A stretch of DNA of 64,000 bases from Candidatus Methanomethylicia archaeon (GTDB lineage: Archaea > Thermoproteota > Methanomethylicia > Nezhaarchaeales > B40-G2). The stretch's first letter is position 1. Every line of letters starts with the position of its first letter. Positions 1 through 11,701 of this stretch are shown here, piece after piece. Where the stretch lies: contig JAPDJI010000004.1 in the NCBI GenBank assembly GCA_029259155.1, forward strand, positions 18,339-82,338. Reading direction: 5' to 3'. A program made the position numbers and the translations under genes. The notes below the pieces were generated by a model. That model made no database searches, was not told the origin of the DNA, and was given only the letters and a program-made list of their open reading frames with translations.

Positions 1-631
1 TTAAAGCTCTCCTCACGTTAATGGGGGCGATGAATTCCAAGGTATCTTTACCGTAATGAGTTCGCCTTGCTATAACTATTGCACCCTCTACTGTTCCATT
101 TATCGTAGCTCTAAAACACTTGACGGGGCCGTATGTTCTATCCCCATCGCTAAACCCTTCAATTTCTATTCCTCTAAAATGTTCCAATGTTTCTCTGGCT
201 CTGAGGCTTTTAGTATCGCTTAGCTTTACGTTCAGAGTCCCTGGATAAGGATCGAAACCTAGCTTAGCGATGAACTGTCTTCTGTAACCTTCACGGCTCA
301 CGTAGTAAGCTCCTTCACCCAATCCCGTGAATATCTCTCCTTCAACAGTAAGCTCACCTACCTCTTCCTCAAACAACCTCTTCAACTCCGCATAAACCTC
401 CTTTAAAGCCTCTACGCCTTTCTCTGTCAGCATCACCGTCTGTCCTCTACGTAAAACCTCCCTTTTAACCAATCCCTGCTTTTCAAGCTCTATCAACCTC
501 CTTGAGGCTGTCTGTTGAGAGATACCTAGAGCCTTACCGAAGGCGGCGCTATTGATCGCTACTGGATGCTTAGTTGCCCCCAACACTGCTAGACGGTATA
601 GTGAATCCCAAAGTTCAGGGGCGATGTTCAT
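1..631 (-). CDS. ribK: CTP-dependent riboflavin kinase (archaeal RibK) with N-terminal HTH; the C-terminus runs off the window edge (partial)
   Basis: Hand translation of the minus strand from the ATG at 631 gives MNIAPELWDSLYRLAVLGATKHPVAINSAAFGKALGISQQTASRRLIELEKQGLV... then GTLNVKL...EIEGF...YGPVKCF. This matches the HTH plus archaeal CTP-dependent riboflavin kinase fold. There is no stop before position 1. The ATG overlaps the nfi stop as ATGA. Confidence 0.55.
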   Translation of the reverse strand, partial: MNIAPELWDSLYRLAVLGATKHPVAINSAAFGKALGISQQTASRRLIELEKQGLVKREVLRRGQTVMLTEKGVEALKEVYAELKRLFEEEVGELTVEGEIFTGLGEGAYYVSREGYRRQFIAKLGFDPYPGTLNVKLSDTKSLRARETLEHFRGIEIEGFSDGDRTYGPVKCFRATINGTVEGAIVIARRTHYGKDTLEFIAPINVRRAL

Positions 632-1317
632 TCAGCCACCTCTTTAGCCATTTTTGAAGCTAAAGCGTGAGCAGCTAGGATAGGTTCAGGTAGTCTTTTC
701 CCAGGCAAAGTGGCTTCCAACACGAGTCTCACAGCAGTTTCTAAGCTTATCTTGTGTCCTATGCTTACGTACACAGGTCTGGACCCCTTTTTCGTCCAAA
801 CGGCTGCTCCTATTACTTTTCCGTCTCTTGGATCTATCAAAGGGGCTCTATTTCCTTCAAGAGCCCCCTCTTCACCCCACAGCCTTTTCTTAGCTACTCC
901 TATGGTAGGTAAATCCAATACTACACCTATATGAGTAGCTAAACCGCAACGGTATGGGTGGGCTAAGCCTTGTCCATCGATGAACATGAGCTGTGGCTTA
1001 ACTTTAAGCTTGCTGAAGGCAGCAAAGATCACGGGAGCTTCTCTAAATGATAGGAGGGTAGGTATGTAGGGGAAGCGTTCCTTAAGCACGACGCTACTTT
1101 CCTCCGCTGCCTTCCAGTCACGGTATCTAAGCACGACTATGGCCCCTATCACTCGGCCTTTTCTAAAAGCTGCATCGGCACCGGCTATGTAGGTTAATTG
1201 ACGTGGGAGTTCATCAACCTCTATGGTTTTCGAAGCTATTAGTTGTTGAGCCTTCCTAGCCTTGGAGATATCAAAGTTTTTAGGTACTTTTACACGTCTA
1301 TCGTCAAGGCTGTACAT
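628..1317 (-). CDS. nfi: endonuclease V (deoxyinosine 3'-endonuclease)
   Basis: 229 aa. The length and motifs (DxAF, GxxVxLR, FPYIPxLLSFRE, IDGQG.HP) are typical of Nfi. Confidence 0.8.
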   Translation of the reverse strand: MYSLDDRRVKVPKNFDISKARKAQQLIASKTIEVDELPRQLTYIAGADAAFRKGRVIGAIVVLRYRDWKAAEESSVVLKERFPYIPTLLSFREAPVIFAAFSKLKVKPQLMFIDGQGLAHPYRCGLATHIGVVLDLPTIGVAKKRLWGEEGALEGNRAPLIDPRDGKVIGAAVWTKKGSRPVYVSIGHKISLETAVRLVLEATLPGKRLPEPILAAHALASKMAKEVAE

Positions 1318-2899
1318 TTATCTTAACACCTATAAACACAGGACCTCTAATATCTATCCGGCCACCCTTACTTTGCACATACCTCCTGGCTGTTTCCTCG
1401 ATGTAAATGTTCACGTCGCTAGGTGTGCGCGCAATTTTCACTCTGATATTTACTTCACCGCCAGTGGGGGTTTTTTTCTCTGCTTCGGCAGCTGCTTTAG
1501 CTGCTATTGCGTAAGCGTAACTTAACCCTGAGTCCACACCCTCCTTTCTGGCATCCATTACCTCTGGTTTTTCATCCATCCCTGTGGGTGGTAATCCGAG
1601 AATGTTTCCTTTATATACATAGACCTTATTGAAGGCGGCTGGGCCTGTCAACTTGACGCCTGGGTCATACTCATACACCTTAGCTTCAACCTTCATTCCC
1701 CAAGCTTCTCCTTTAAACGCTTGAAACTCGCAAGGACTAGATGCGTCGCGATATTTCTGTAAAGTATCAGTTATGGAGATGGCTAGGAGCTTGCCTTCAC
1801 GGGTAGAGGGTTCCTCTTCTAAGCGAATCATGGAGGCCAGTTCTTCGTCACTTAGCGACCACTCCTCGTAAAACTGAGGATAGACTAGCTTCCTTACGTC
1901 GTCATAGCCGTAAAGTATCATTGCTATCCTTTCTACCCCGATTCCTAAGTTCAACACTGGGTACTCGAGCTTGTAATGTGCTAGAGCAATAGGGCTGTAG
2001 AGCCCAAAGTTAGCTACCTCTACCCACTCGCCTCGATATTTGACGTAGGTCTCATGCTCTGTCTCAGGCGCATAGTATTTAGCTGTAACCTTCTTCCGCA
2101 CATGTTTAAACTCCTTGAAACCGAACTGTCTAAGCACCGCCTCTGCTAGCTCTATTCCTTCCTCTACGTCCAGCTCCTCATCCATGACTACGCAGGAGGC
2201 AGCATGATGGGTTCTAAGATGAGTCTCATCTTCACGTTGCTCTCTCCTGAACCTTACCCCTACGCTGAAAAGCTTAATGGGTAAGGTCTTTTTGTGTTGT
2301 AAAGCCGATAGGGTGAGGAACCAAGACGTGGTCATGTGAGACCTTAAAGTCAATAAGGTAGGTTCAGGCCTGAGTTCTTTAAACTCAGGGAGTGCCTCGC
2401 TTAGAATTCTCGTCGCTATAACATCGCTTACTGCTAAGGCTTCAGCAATGCGTTCTACGAGGTCGTCTGAGCCTACTTCGCCTTTCTTGTAGGCATGTAA
2501 GACTTCTTGGAGCTTCCTCACTTTTGACTCATCGATCTCGATCCCTAAAGCTTGAAGAAGTTTAAGTTTATCTTTACCTATTCCTATATCAGGCCTGGGC
2601 AGTACAGCAAGATAGTAACATCTATCGAGAATAGCTAGAGCCTCAGGGCCATACTGCTTCTTTACATCTTCCTCCTCCACAATAACCGGGTTAAGAATTT
2701 CTTCGAACCCTAAACGTAGGTAGGCTTCTCGAAACTTTTGGAGGATCTCCATCAATGGATGAGGCTTACCTTTAACGTAAGCTATCAAGGGCTTTCTTCT
2801 AGCGAAACGTTTACCAACAAGCTTCCCGGTCTCAAGCCAAGTTTCCTCAAAGTTCTGCTCGGCTTTTTCAAGTATCTCGGTGAACCTTAACCTAACCAT
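1304..2899 (-). CDS. sepS: O-phosphoserine--tRNA(Cys) ligase (SepRS); the alternative PheRS alpha is less likely
   Basis: 531 aa class II aaRS. Motifs LTLRSHMTTSWF, KLFS.GVRFRREQRED.THL..HHAASCVV, YYAPETE, GEWVEVANFGLYSPIALA and LGIGVERIAMILYGYDDVRKLVYPQFYE match SepRS as I recall them. It lacks the PheRS alpha 'FHQxEG' motif 2 signature. Confidence 0.65.
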   Translation of the reverse strand: MVRLRFTEILEKAEQNFEETWLETGKLVGKRFARRKPLIAYVKGKPHPLMEILQKFREAYLRLGFEEILNPVIVEEEDVKKQYGPEALAILDRCYYLAVLPRPDIGIGKDKLKLLQALGIEIDESKVRKLQEVLHAYKKGEVGSDDLVERIAEALAVSDVIATRILSEALPEFKELRPEPTLLTLRSHMTTSWFLTLSALQHKKTLPIKLFSVGVRFRREQREDETHLRTHHAASCVVMDEELDVEEGIELAEAVLRQFGFKEFKHVRKKVTAKYYAPETEHETYVKYRGEWVEVANFGLYSPIALAHYKLEYPVLNLGIGVERIAMILYGYDDVRKLVYPQFYEEWSLSDEELASMIRLEEEPSTREGKLLAISITDTLQKYRDASSPCEFQAFKGEAWGMKVEAKVYEYDPGVKLTGPAAFNKVYVYKGNILGLPPTGMDEKPEVMDARKEGVDSGLSYAYAIAAKAAAEAEKKTPTGGEVNIRVKIARTPSDVNIYIEETARRYVQSKGGRIDIRGPVFIGVKINVQP

Positions 2900-3566
2900 G
2901 ATTACTCGTCCCCCTAAGCCTCTCCTCCAACCTTCTCAAGTCTTGTCGTAGTCTATTGCGCTGGGTAGCTAAGGCGACATCTCCTCTTGTAACTTCCGTG
3001 AGTCTTCTTACCTGGTCAACTTTGTGTTTAATATCAGGCAATGCGCTTCTATAAAGCTCAAGCTCCCTTAACGCTCCGTAGAAAGCTTCCATGATCTCAA
3101 GCCATCTCTCAGCCTCTTCAATCTTATCTTTCCTAAGCGAATCAATCACCCTTCTCCTAGCCTCTCCCACCACCTCTGTCAAGCCGTATATGTAGGGCTT
3201 AAGAGGTACATTGAGCTCAGCTGGACTTGGCGGGCTCTGCCCTTGGTATACCCTATAAAACGTCAAAGCTTCCACGTACTCCTTTAAGGCTTGGGGTAAA
3301 GGTCCTTCATAGAGGTACTCTATCTGTCCTTCAATTTGCTTCAAAGCCTCATTAAGTAGACTGCTGGCTTTCCTTATCAGTTCATCAGCTTCCTCTAACC
3401 GCTCAGAGTGTATTGAGATCACCGCGTCTCCAGCTGCCTTTATGATCCTTCTCGACGTAGATACTAAGTAGTCCTTTAGCTTCTCTTTTCGTTCAAGGTC
3501 TTCACTCAACTTAGAGAGGAGCTTCCTGAGTTCGACCTTAAGCTCCTTCATCGTCAACCTTACCAC
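2892..3566 (-). CDS. hypothetical all-helical coiled-coil protein (possibly translin/PhoU-like)
   Basis: 224 aa with a charged heptad-like pattern. It overlaps sepS by 8 nt, which suggests an operon. There are no diagnostic motifs. Confidence 0.4.
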   Translation of the reverse strand: MVRLTMKELKVELRKLLSKLSEDLERKEKLKDYLVSTSRRIIKAAGDAVISIHSERLEEADELIRKASSLLNEALKQIEGQIEYLYEGPLPQALKEYVEALTFYRVYQGQSPPSPAELNVPLKPYIYGLTEVVGEARRRVIDSLRKDKIEEAERWLEIMEAFYGALRELELYRSALPDIKHKVDQVRRLTEVTRGDVALATQRNRLRQDLRRLEERLRGTSNHG

Positions 3567-3639
3567 TAGCTTAAGCTACTATGCAGCGTTACGCTGAGGC
3601 AAGCTTAATTTCTTCGCCTCTATCAAGGCGGTGAGGTAG

Positions 3640-3725
3640 CGGGCCCGGCGGGATTTGAACCCGCGACCACTCGGTTAAGAGCCGAGCGCTTTCGGCTTTC
3701 CTCTACCGTGCTAAGCTACGGGCCC
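3640..3725 (-). tRNA. tRNA-Lys (anticodon CUU) with a roughly 12-nt non-canonical intron in the D-arm region
   Basis: Minus-strand read: GGGCCCG TA GCTT AGCACGGTA GAG[GAAAGCCGAAAG]C G CTCGG CTCTTAA CCGAG TGGTC GCGGG TTCAAAT CCCGC CGGGCCC G. Removing the bracketed insert restores the D-stem GCTT/GAGC. Anticodon loop is CU-CUU-AA. Confidence 0.7.
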
Positions 3726-3767
3726 ACTTGGTGGGGTGGGAAATCCCTTATAAAAGCTTTCCATGGT

Positions 3768-4838
3768 TCAACGCACCTTAACGTCAATGACCACTTGCCA
3801 CTCTCTCGGAGCTACTTGTCTGACGAAGCCTCGATGAAGTATACCGTACACTCTTCTACCTGCCTCTCTAATCTTCCTTGCAAGGTAGTCCTCGATATCC
3901 TCAAACGCGTGAGCGAAGGTATAAACATGAATAACCCCTCCCTCTGGCTTTAAAGCAAGACACGCTGCGTCGAGGAAGTCTAGAGCTTGACTTGGATGGT
4001 TCATGATAACTCGGTCAGCTATGCCTCTAAGGATCGTGGAGGCCACTTGACGAGCATCACCATGAACAGCTTCGACCCTGTCTTGAACTTTATTGACTCT
4101 GATGTTTTCTAGTAGAAGCTGGTAGGCTCGAGGATTTATGTCTACGGCATAAACTTTGGCTCCTCGAAACTTAGCGATCTGTATGGCGTAGGGCCCTACA
4201 CCGCTGAAGAGATCTACTACTACTTCTCGGCTATTAACCAGCTCTACCACTCTCCTTCGTTCAGTAGCTAACCTGGGGCTGAAGTAAACTTCCTTTAGAT
4301 CTACTTTGAAAAGGCAACCGTGCTCCTTATGTACAGTTACAGGCTTATCTATACCACCTATGAATTTAAGAGGTCTTACTCTAAATTCCCCCTCCACCGC
4401 TCCTGCTTTCTTGTAGATGGATTTGACGTGAGGATGTATCCTCATGATTCCCTCTGCTATCAACGCTTCTTCTCCTTCAAGCTCTGGCGGGATCTCTATC
4501 ACAACTATGTCACCTATGATGTCGAAGGAACCTGGTAATGATGCCAGCTTATAAGGAGGTAGAAGGTCTTTTAGGGCTTCCATTAGGTCTTTAGGTCTAT
4601 GAGGGGCGGCTTTAAAGAGAGTTTTGACAACCTCTATTTGAGGATACACTGCTTTTAGCTCTTCTAACTCCCTCTCCTTGATTGCCCTGCTCACAGGGAT
4701 TAGGAGATGTTCACCCTCCTTCTTAATGAGGACATCTCTGTTTAAGAGCTCTAACCTTGCTAAACACTTTCTGATCTCCTCTCCTTTCTCTTTGACCACC
4801 TTTACCCCTATGCTCTCAATGAGATGTTTGGTCAACAC
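3768..4838 (-). CDS. trm5: tRNA (guanine37-N1)-methyltransferase Trm5/Taw2 family (Met-10+ like)
   Basis: 356 aa. Has the class I SAM methyltransferase core (VVDLFSGVGPYAI, DINP) with the N-terminal domains typical of archaeal Trm5/TYW2. Confidence 0.7.
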   Translation of the reverse strand: MLTKHLIESIGVKVVKEKGEEIRKCLARLELLNRDVLIKKEGEHLLIPVSRAIKERELEELKAVYPQIEVVKTLFKAAPHRPKDLMEALKDLLPPYKLASLPGSFDIIGDIVVIEIPPELEGEEALIAEGIMRIHPHVKSIYKKAGAVEGEFRVRPLKFIGGIDKPVTVHKEHGCLFKVDLKEVYFSPRLATERRRVVELVNSREVVVDLFSGVGPYAIQIAKFRGAKVYAVDINPRAYQLLLENIRVNKVQDRVEAVHGDARQVASTILRGIADRVIMNHPSQALDFLDAACLALKPEGGVIHVYTFAHAFEDIEDYLARKIREAGRRVYGILHRGFVRQVAPREWQVVIDVKVR

Positions 4839-4847
4839 AAGGCCCCT

Positions 4848-5537
4848 TCAATACAGAGCCTTGTCTGGGAAGCCGTATCTCCCTCTTAGAGGGACAAAGA
4901 CACATCCTCCTAGACTTCTCATCTTAACTTCCCCTTCCTCATCTTTCTCCACGAGGACTAGATCCTGGTAAAAGCCTGGGCCACCCACAGGTATGACAAG
5001 TCTACCTTTAGGCTTCAGCTGGTCTATGAGCGGTTTAGGCACATCGGGTGAGGCGGCAGTTACTATTATGGCATCGTATGGTTTAGCTGGTTCATAGCCG
5101 AGGCTTCCGTCGCCATGAATCACTGTGACTCGATCGGCATAGCCAAGTCGCTTTAGGTTCTCTTCAGCCATCTTGGCCAGCTCCTCTATGAGCTCCACGG
5201 TGTAGACGTGTCCTTTGATCTCTGAGTCTTCTGGGGCTACCATCTCGGCGTAAACAGCAGCCATATAGCCGCAGCCACCGCCAACCTCCAATACTTTGTC
5301 TCCTGGCTTCAATCGGACAGCTTCTATTAGCCAAGCGGTCATGTGTAAGGCGCTGGTGGTCTGTCCATAGCCTATGGGCAGAGGACTATCTATATAGGCG
5401 TGCCTTCTATGCTCAGGAGGGAGAAATTCCTCTCTGGGAACCTTTAACATGGCTTTGGCTATTGCTTGACTTTTAATTACCCCTGCCTCTATCAGCCTCT
5501 TAATGGCTGCTTCGCGCTCCTTCCCAGTACTCGACAA
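4848..5537 (-). CDS. pcm: protein-L-isoaspartate O-methyltransferase
   Basis: 229 aa. Motifs VLEVGGGCGYMAAV, ELIEELA and IIVTAA are typical of PIMT. Confidence 0.85.
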   Translation of the reverse strand: MSSTGKEREAAIKRLIEAGVIKSQAIAKAMLKVPREEFLPPEHRRHAYIDSPLPIGYGQTTSALHMTAWLIEAVRLKPGDKVLEVGGGCGYMAAVYAEMVAPEDSEIKGHVYTVELIEELAKMAEENLKRLGYADRVTVIHGDGSLGYEPAKPYDAIIVTAASPDVPKPLIDQLKPKGRLVIPVGGPGFYQDLVLVEKDEEGEVKMRSLGGCVFVPLRGRYGFPDKALY

Positions 5538-5586
5538 CCTTTCTCCCTGAGAGTGCTTTTAATAAGGGGTTATTTGAGCTTAGGGA

Positions 5587-6021
5587 TTGATGAGGACCGC
5601 TGAAGTTTTTAAGGCAAGGGGGCATCCTAACGTTAAGGCTACTCACAGATCAACGTTAGAGATCACTAAAGACCCTTATTTGTCTCCTAGAGGTGACTGT
5701 ATCGTAGCCATAGCTGCGGAGAAGGCAGCTCGGGACTTATCGTTAGAGTTTAAAAAGTTGGCTTCGAGGGAGGGGAGCGTTATTACTTTGATGATTGAGG
5801 CTGAGGGGTTATCTGACGTAGTGAGGGGCTATGGCTCAGCTATGATGGTTTTTAACGACGAAAGAAGCATTGTGTTCAGGAAGAGCAGCTATATATGCGG
5901 AAGGACGGTGATGGTGAAGGCTGATAAGGCTGCAGCCGATCTAGACAGAAGGTTAGTGGAGCTTCTAAAAGATCCCTCCGTGGAGGTTATGGTTATAATC
6001 GAGGCAGAGTCTGTAGGTTAA
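5587..6021 (+). CDS. DUF371-family conserved archaeal protein
   Basis: 144 aa. The pattern [10 protein letters not shown]...GDCI...AA resembles the DUF371 family. Confidence 0.45.
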   Translation: MMRTAEVFKARGHPNVKATHRSTLEITKDPYLSPRGDCIVAIAAEKAARDLSLEFKKLASREGSVITLMIEAEGLSDVVRGYGSAMMVFNDERSIVFRKSSYICGRTVMVKADKAAADLDRRLVELLKDPSVEVMVIIEAESVG

Positions 6022-7055
6022 AACTTAAAGTAGGCCTCTAAAGTAACCCTACCTTTCCCTGCCTTAAACGCTTTAATCGCTCTCTCCACCGCATTCATTA
6101 CCCTATCCTCTGAGAAATCGTGTTCTCTACAGAGGAACCTTACAACTTCTCCTTTATCCGGTTCTCTCCACTCTAGCTTATAATCGGAGGTTACGTCAGG
6201 GCTCAAGAAAAGTTTCTTTATTTCCTTGGGATCAAAAGGAAACTCTACGTCTTTCAGCGTGGAAAGCACGTTTTCAAGCGAGCCTTGTTCCTTTACTAGT
6301 TTAAGGGCTTTCTTAGGCCCTATCCCTTTAACACCCTCAGGGTTATAGTCAGTGCCTACAAGTATACCTACGTCTACCAATTGCTCTCTTGTTATCTCTA
6401 GCTCTTTGAGTAGCTGCTCTAGCTCTATGAGTTCAGGTTTAACCTCTATGTAAACATCCTTCCTGGGTAGCTTCCTCCTCCCCGTGATCGTTACGTTTCT
6501 CACCAATCTTGGGGCCCCAAACAGGAGAGAGTCATAGTCCTGGCTGGCTGCCGCGTATACGTCTCCCTTAGCAGCCATGTAAGCTGCTTGGGCTTCTCCT
6601 TCTGACGGTGCTTGAATCCAAGGTACGCCCATGGTGTCTAGGAGCTTCTTGGCATCTTCAACCATCTCCTCGGTTAATTTGCCTGTTTGTTGAGCATAAG
6701 TTTTAGCTGCTTTAAGGTCTCCTCGAGCTAAGGCTTCTTCATATTTGCGCTCAGCTTCCTCCTTATGCATCTTCCTCCTTAGCACTTCTAGCTCTTTGAT
6801 CTCGGGAGGCTTACCGTCGAAGACGTACACAGGCTTAATGCCCATCTCCAACAGGTTAACGGTCCTATAAAATAAGCCTGATAGGTGGCTGGTTATTCTT
6901 CCTTGACTATCCATGAGGAGGGTGCCATCGGGCTGACGTATAATAGCCAAGAACTGGTGCAACGTATTGTAGGCATCTATAGCTATAGCTCTACCGTTAA
7001 GGTCTTGAAGAGTGATCTCTCTCTTAGGTACAAGATCCTTTAAATCTACGCCCAA
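6018..7055 (-). CDS. fen: flap endonuclease 1
   Basis: 345 aa. Has the XPG N and I domains ([37 protein letters not shown]) and a C-terminal PIP-like tail. Confidence 0.9.
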   Translation of the reverse strand: MGVDLKDLVPKREITLQDLNGRAIAIDAYNTLHQFLAIIRQPDGTLLMDSQGRITSHLSGLFYRTVNLLEMGIKPVYVFDGKPPEIKELEVLRRKMHKEEAERKYEEALARGDLKAAKTYAQQTGKLTEEMVEDAKKLLDTMGVPWIQAPSEGEAQAAYMAAKGDVYAAASQDYDSLLFGAPRLVRNVTITGRRKLPRKDVYIEVKPELIELEQLLKELEITREQLVDVGILVGTDYNPEGVKGIGPKKALKLVKEQGSLENVLSTLKDVEFPFDPKEIKKLFLSPDVTSDYKLEWREPDKGEVVRFLCREHDFSEDRVMNAVERAIKAFKAGKGRVTLEAYFKF

Positions 7056-7058
7056 GTT

Positions 7059-7298
7059 TTAGCCCTCTTCAGGTTTCTTTATTAAGGTCACCGATTTTAG
7101 GTTCTTCTTTATCGTGGAGACTCTTACCACATCACTAAGCTCCAATTTAAGTAAAGCTTTAAGGACCTCTCTCTGCGAAACATCGCCGAGCATGGCTTTA
7201 AGCATGGTGTAGAGCTCTTTATCCTTCGCTACCCCTCCTCTCCGCCTAAGTAGATCTACTATTATTTCCTCGAGAGGAATGGACATCCATGCAGACAA
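7059..7298 (-). CDS. hypothetical small helical protein
   Basis: 79-aa ORF lying between fen and cdc48 on the same strand. Confidence 0.35.
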   Translation of the reverse strand: MSAWMSIPLEEIIVDLLRRRGGVAKDKELYTMLKAMLGDVSQREVLKALLKLELSDVVRVSTIKKNLKSVTLIKKPEEG

Positions 7299-7309
7299 GG
7301 TTGGGCCCT

Positions 7310-9535
<2,226 letters not shown>

Positions 9536-9584
9536 CTAACGTTAATGTGAGAAGGCTCAAACTAATACTTAATCCTACCCTCTA

Positions 9585-9851
9585 TTAAACCCTCGTAACC
9601 ATTTCGACTTCAACTTGGCTTACGCCTTTCACCTTAGAGATGGCTTCCTCAACTTGATACGTACCACCTTCCTCTTCTGGGAGGAGGAGCACCAACTTAA
9701 GCACCTTTATCCCAAAGGCTACCTCTTCGACCGCTGATTTCTGAAGGCTTACACCCTCAGGCAAGCTTTTTTGTATATCGTCTTTTAATTGCTCTAAGTT
9801 GATTCCTACGTCCTCAGGCATTACTTTCACTACAGCCATTACTTTGGCCAT
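9585..9851 (-). CDS. ef1b: translation elongation factor aEF-1 beta
   Basis: 88 aa. The sequence MAKVMAVVKVMPEDVGINLEQL...FGIKVL is typical of aEF-1 beta. Confidence 0.85.
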   Translation of the reverse strand: MAKVMAVVKVMPEDVGINLEQLKDDIQKSLPEGVSLQKSAVEEVAFGIKVLKLVLLLPEEEGGTYQVEEAISKVKGVSQVEVEMVTRV

Positions 9852-9861
9852 GCTTCACCAC

Positions 9862-10068
9862 CTAGGGCCCCTCAAAACCACACTTAGGACACTTATATGG
9901 GTTGACCTGTTTTCGACAGTGCCAACACCGCCATATCAAGAAGCCTCCACACTGAGGACAATAAAATTTAGCTCCTTTTACATCTGGTGTTATTGGTCTC
10001 TTGCAGGAGGCGCATAGTGGGAAGTTTATTTCTCTAGACATTCTCCACCGCCGTTGAAGAGTCTTCAC
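9862..10068 (-). CDS. Zn-ribbon RNA-binding protein (COG2888-like, usually paired with EF-1 beta)
   Basis: Has four CxxC pairs (CASC, CPQCGG, CWHC, CPKCG). It sits next to ef1b as in many archaea. The probable start is an internal Met near 10041. Confidence 0.6.
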   Translation of the reverse strand: MKTLQRRWRMSREINFPLCASCKRPITPDVKGAKFYCPQCGGFLIWRCWHCRKQVNPYKCPKCGFEGP

Positions 10069-11287
10069 CTCTAACCTCTGAGCTGGTTTTAAAAGTTTCT
10101 ATGGCTAAACCCATGGCTACTCTAAATAGTAAAGGTGCTAGTCTAGGGGCTTTCAGGAGCTTTTTCATGGTTAATGCCTGGAAATCCATATCTCCCTTTA
10201 TGGCTAATTCTTCTTCTAGCTTGAGTTTTAAAGCGGAGGCGAATAAATGGTCAAGTTCTCGGTCATCTAATGATGATAAGTAAGTCCTTAATCTACTCAT
10301 CCACTTTAATTCCCCACCAATAATCTTTCTCCACCTTCTTTCATACCTGGCAAAGGCTTCTCTATCTCCACGTAGAGCGGCCATGGCTGCTTCTTCTCCA
10401 GCTATTTTAGCGGAGAGCCCTCCGAATACGACTCCTCCTCCTGTAGTAGGCTTAACGTGGCCAGCTGCATCCCCCACAGCTAAGAAGCCTTCTTTGTAGG
10501 TGCGTGGGGCAGGGCCTCCAAGAACCAGCAACCCGCCTGATACTTCCTTAACTTTGACCCTTCTGAGCTTCGTGGATGCCTCTGGATGTTTCTTGATGAA
10601 CCGTTCAAGGAGTGTTTTCGCCATGCCTACTTTAGAGGCTAACCCTACTCTACATCCTTCTCGATGGGGTATGATCCAGGCGAAGAAGCCAGGCGCCCAT
10701 TGTTCACCGAAGAAGAGTTCTACCATGTTCTCCTCTACGTCGGCTCCTTCCACCTCTACTTGGGCTGCAGGGTAGAGCAAGCTAAGCTTAGGAGGGTTTA
10801 ACCCAGCTTCACGCAAAAGTTTAAACCTAGCTCCTTCAGCGTCTATCGTCACTTTTGCTTTAATTTCAACTCTAACTCCGTTAAGCGTAACCTCGATTCC
10901 GGCCACCCTCATCTTTTCCCATAGAATTTTTAATGCTTTAGCTCTACACGCTAATTCGGCACCAGCCTCTATTGCCCTTTTAGCTAAGGTTTGATCAAAC
11001 TTAGCACGGTCGATTACATACGCAACGTCCCTCCTTGCTTCGATCCGAATTTGCAAACCCGATGGAGAATGCAATATAGCTCCTTTGGCGCTCCCCTGTA
11101 TGTAATCTCCATGTAGGTTTAGAAGGCTAAGACCTTTCACACTAACTAAACCAGCGCAATGAACGGGTTTTCCAACAACGCTGTCCTCCTCTAAGATAAG
11201 TACGTTAGCTCCTCTTCTCGCTGCCTCGAAGGAAGCTATTAAACCACTAGGACCAGCCCCTACTACCACTATGTCGTGCTGGCTCAC
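10034..11287 (-). CDS. geranylgeranyl reductase family FAD-dependent oxidoreductase
   Basis: 417 aa. Has the N-terminal GAGPSG Rossmann motif and a GDAAG motif. The size is typical of archaeal GGR. Confidence 0.65.
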   Translation of the reverse strand: MSQHDIVVVGAGPSGLIASFEAARRGANVLILEEDSVVGKPVHCAGLVSVKGLSLLNLHGDYIQGSAKGAILHSPSGLQIRIEARRDVAYVIDRAKFDQTLAKRAIEAGAELACRAKALKILWEKMRVAGIEVTLNGVRVEIKAKVTIDAEGARFKLLREAGLNPPKLSLLYPAAQVEVEGADVEENMVELFFGEQWAPGFFAWIIPHREGCRVGLASKVGMAKTLLERFIKKHPEASTKLRRVKVKEVSGGLLVLGGPAPRTYKEGFLAVGDAAGHVKPTTGGGVVFGGLSAKIAGEEAAMAALRGDREAFARYERRWRKIIGGELKWMSRLRTYLSSLDDRELDHLFASALKLKLEEELAIKGDMDFQALTMKKLLKAPRLAPLLFRVAMGLAIETFKTSSEVRGEDSSTAVENV

Positions 11288-11340
11288 TTAGGCTTCCCTC
11301 ACGTAAACCTTAATGGGAAGTTAATACGTCTTAAGTTTAC

Positions 11341-11700
11341 ATGTTTAAAGATTACAAGCAGGTGATAGCGGTTAGAGAAGACCTTAAGATGAGTAAAGGT
11401 AAGCTGGCTGCTCAAGTAGCTCACGCTGCTGTTATGGCTGCGGAGGAAGCCAGAAAGATGAGAGGGGACTGGTGGCGCATGTGGCTCATCCAGTCGCAGA
11501 AAAAAGTGGTAGTTAAAGTTTCAAGTGAAGAAGAGTTATTTAGACTTGAAGCGGAAGCTAAGCGATTAGGCTTACCGGCTATGGTAGTTAGAGACGCTGG
11601 TTTAACAGAGCTTCCTCCAAATACCCCCACGGCTGTAGGAATAGGGCCTGCACCAAGCCGCCTCATAGATTTAGTCACAGGTAACCTTAAACTACTTTAA
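11341..11700 (+). CDS. pth2: peptidyl-tRNA hydrolase, archaeal type (Pth2)
   Basis: 119 aa. Motifs K.V.VVR.DL.M..GK.AAQ..HA and PTAVGIGP match Pth2. Confidence 0.85.
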   Translation: MFKDYKQVIAVREDLKMSKGKLAAQVAHAAVMAAEEARKMRGDWWRMWLIQSQKKVVVKVSSEEELFRLEAEAKRLGLPAMVVRDAGLTELPPNTPTAVGIGPAPSRLIDLVTGNLKLL

Positions 11701-11701
11701 G

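Noticed and set aside
3708-3953. 81-aa plus-strand ORF
   Set aside because: It overlaps the tRNA-Lys 5' end and the C-terminus of trm5 on the opposite strand.
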